Positions 33,554-35,450 of a DNA stretch of 35,450 nt are shown in pieces. The notes under the pieces are model-generated. The model was not told the origin of the DNA and did not search any database. It saw only the letters and a program-made list of their open reading frames with translations. The DNA comes from a virus. Taxonomy: Duplodnaviria > Caudoviricetes. Made by a program: the position numbers and the translations under genes. Each line of letters begins with the position of its first letter. The stretch's first letter is position 1. The stretch spans positions 1-35,450 of IMG/VR virus record IMGVR_UViG_3300038492_000686, one strand, 5' to 3'.

Positions 33554-35433
33554 ATGTCAACTGACATTTTTGCGGCATATGCTAGGACATATTACGAATC
33601 AGGATATTCAGTAATTCCAGTATTAAAAAACACTAAAAGACCAGCGATCAAAGATTGGCAAAAGTTTTGTCATGAACTTCCAGATGATGAAACATTTACA
33701 AAATGGGAAAGAACATTCCCCGCCTGTAATATCGGACTTTGCCTTGGTCCTGCATCAGGAGTCGTAGCCTTTGATTTTGACTATGACTGGGATGAAAGAA
33801 AATGCTCTCTTGATTTTAAAAAGTTTGGAATAGATCTAGATTACGTAAAAAATGAAATACTAGTAAATTATCTGCCCGGAAACCTTATTAGAAAAAAAGG
33901 AAAAAAAGGATTTACTGCCTTTTTTAAATATGATGGGCAAACTAATTTATGTACCGATAGGCACGGTGTTCGCCTTTTTGATTTCCTATCCCTAGGAAGA
34001 CAAACAATCATCCCCCCTTCAATACACGAAGAAACTGAAATGCCTTATCAGTGGCTAGGAGATAGCATATTAGATGTAGACAGAGATGCTATACCCTCCC
34101 TTTGTATGCCCGATGTTGAACTGATGTCTTATCATCTTGGAACTAAAAATGCCGAGGCATTAAAGAGCTCAAGACATGGTAAAGTTTTCCTTCACGCAAT
34201 GTCCATTATGAAAATTGAGTCTGATGAAGACAAAATAATAAGATCAATGATCAAGTATGACGCTAAAGTTAACAACCCTTCTTATCTTGGTGATCCTAAA
34301 TATCAAAGATCTAATAGATGTGCCAATGAATACGAAATGGCAAAACAATGGATGCCTAGAATTAAAAGGTGTTTTGATAGATCTAAAAAAGATGCTGCAA
34401 GCAAGGGGAGCGATAAGGCAAGATCGGATGATTATGATTCTTACGCTTTCTTTTTTGAGGAAATGTATCCCGATGCTAAGAAATGTTTTTTATCAGGTGT
34501 AACACTTAACCGTGATGTTAACGGAGATTATCTTCCAGTAAGAAATGAAGTTAACGCAATCAGATCATATGCAATGTCTAAAGGATTGCCCAGAGCTCCT
34601 GTAGAAGATCATTTAAATAGATGGTGCAAGGAAAAAGAATTCGAAATGCTTTGTGATCTACCTGAATGGGATGGTGTTCATAGGTTTGATGATATGATTA
34701 ATGCATTTAAGACTACTGTTGTTTCACAAGAATGTCTTGTTGATCTATTTAAAGACTGGTGTGTTAAATCAATCAGACGTGCTCACAACCCTGATATTCA
34801 AAATAGATGTGTAGTGCTAAAAGGTGATCAGGGAATAGGAAAAGATTATTTCTTATCTAAGTTTCTTAACCCTTTATCAATATACTCAGAAGAAATATCA
34901 ATATCCCCACAACCTAAAGAAAACTTTGAAACCATCGATGGGCTGATCATCGCAAATGTACCGGAGATTGATCAGTATAAAGAAGTTTCTGTTGAGACCT
35001 TTAAGGATCTTGTTACCAGAAATAGAGCCAAATTTAGATCAGCCTACGCTAGAGAGGCTACCGCTAAGAAGCTTAGATGCTCATTTATAGCCTCATGCAA
35101 CCGGGATGATCTTCTCAGAGATACCACAGGGAACCGTAGATTCCTCATATTTGACGTTAAGGGGAGAGGTGAAGGTGATATGGTAACTGGCTGGGAAAAC
35201 GTCGATATGGGCCTCGTATGGGCTGAGATCATACATCTAGCAAAAACCGGGTATAAAACACAGCCTAATCATGAAATGGAGATGAAAATGTACATCGATT
35301 CACAGTCTCCTGATTCACCTGAAGATCTCGTCATAGAAATGTATGACACGCAGGTCATGAGACAGTTTGGACGGCTTCCTAATCGACAAAAATACCTAAC
35401 ATATAACGATGTGTCAGAAATCATTAATGCGCC
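33554..35433 (+). CDS. Bifunctional primase-polymerase fused to VirE/VapE-type helicase, 3' truncated (not in ORF track)
   Basis: GAGGGG SD; GYSVIP...KRP, NIGLCLG...VAFDFD, IIPPSIH prim-pol motifs; in-frame Walker A LKGDQGIGKD and SCNRDDLLRDTTGNRRF; runs into the primer tag. Confidence 0.92.
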
Positions 35434-35450
35434 GATCGTGACTGGGAAAC
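35434..35450 (-). other. Random-amplification primer tag (reverse complement); library artefact
   Basis: GATCGTGACTGGGAAAC is the reverse complement of 1-17. Confidence 0.95.

Noticed and set aside
89-35433. Stop-codon reassignment
   Set aside because: Core genes are intact under the standard code and all three stops are used at gene ends
1-35450. 17-bp terminal inverted repeat suggesting a linear element or transposon
   Set aside because: It is the amplification primer tag; it interrupts the primase gene and no protein-primed polymerase or transposase is present

Overview
Near-complete genome fragment of a tailed dsDNA phage with siphovirus-type gene content. Both ends carry the same 17-nt random-amplification primer tag (GTTTCCCAGTCACGATC) in inverted orientation, so the ends are a library artefact, not biological termini. 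Layout: (i) 0.1-7.2 kb, + strand accessory region of small ORFs including a stand-alone CheY-like receiver protein, an Xre/MbcA/ParS-antitoxin-like domain, a thermonuclease, a metallophosphoesterase, three Cys-containing lipoproteins and a cassette behind a near-consensus sigma28 (FliA) promoter; (ii) 7.2-29.8 kb, + strand morphogenesis operon (terminase, portal, two Mu gpG-like paralogues, scaffold, capsid, a long block of decoration/fibre-like genes, neck, tail tube, tail chaperone with a -1 frameshift site, tape measure, distal tail, fibre, holin-like genes, hub, Gly-rich protein, VRR-NUC nuclease); (iii) 29.8-33.4 kb, - strand operon (Sak4-like ATPase, DUF669 SSB, two membrane proteins, a self-contained gene for an internally duplicated protein, M15 endolysin); (iv) 33.55 kb to the end, a prim-pol/VirE primase-helicase missing from the ORF track and truncated by the contig end. 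I saw no integrase, repressor, tRNA, CRISPR array or reverse transcriptase. A flagellated Gram-negative host, possibly Bdellovibrionota-like, is an inference from the sigma28 promoter, receiver gene and lipoproteins. All family calls come from motif recognition by eye, not database searches.
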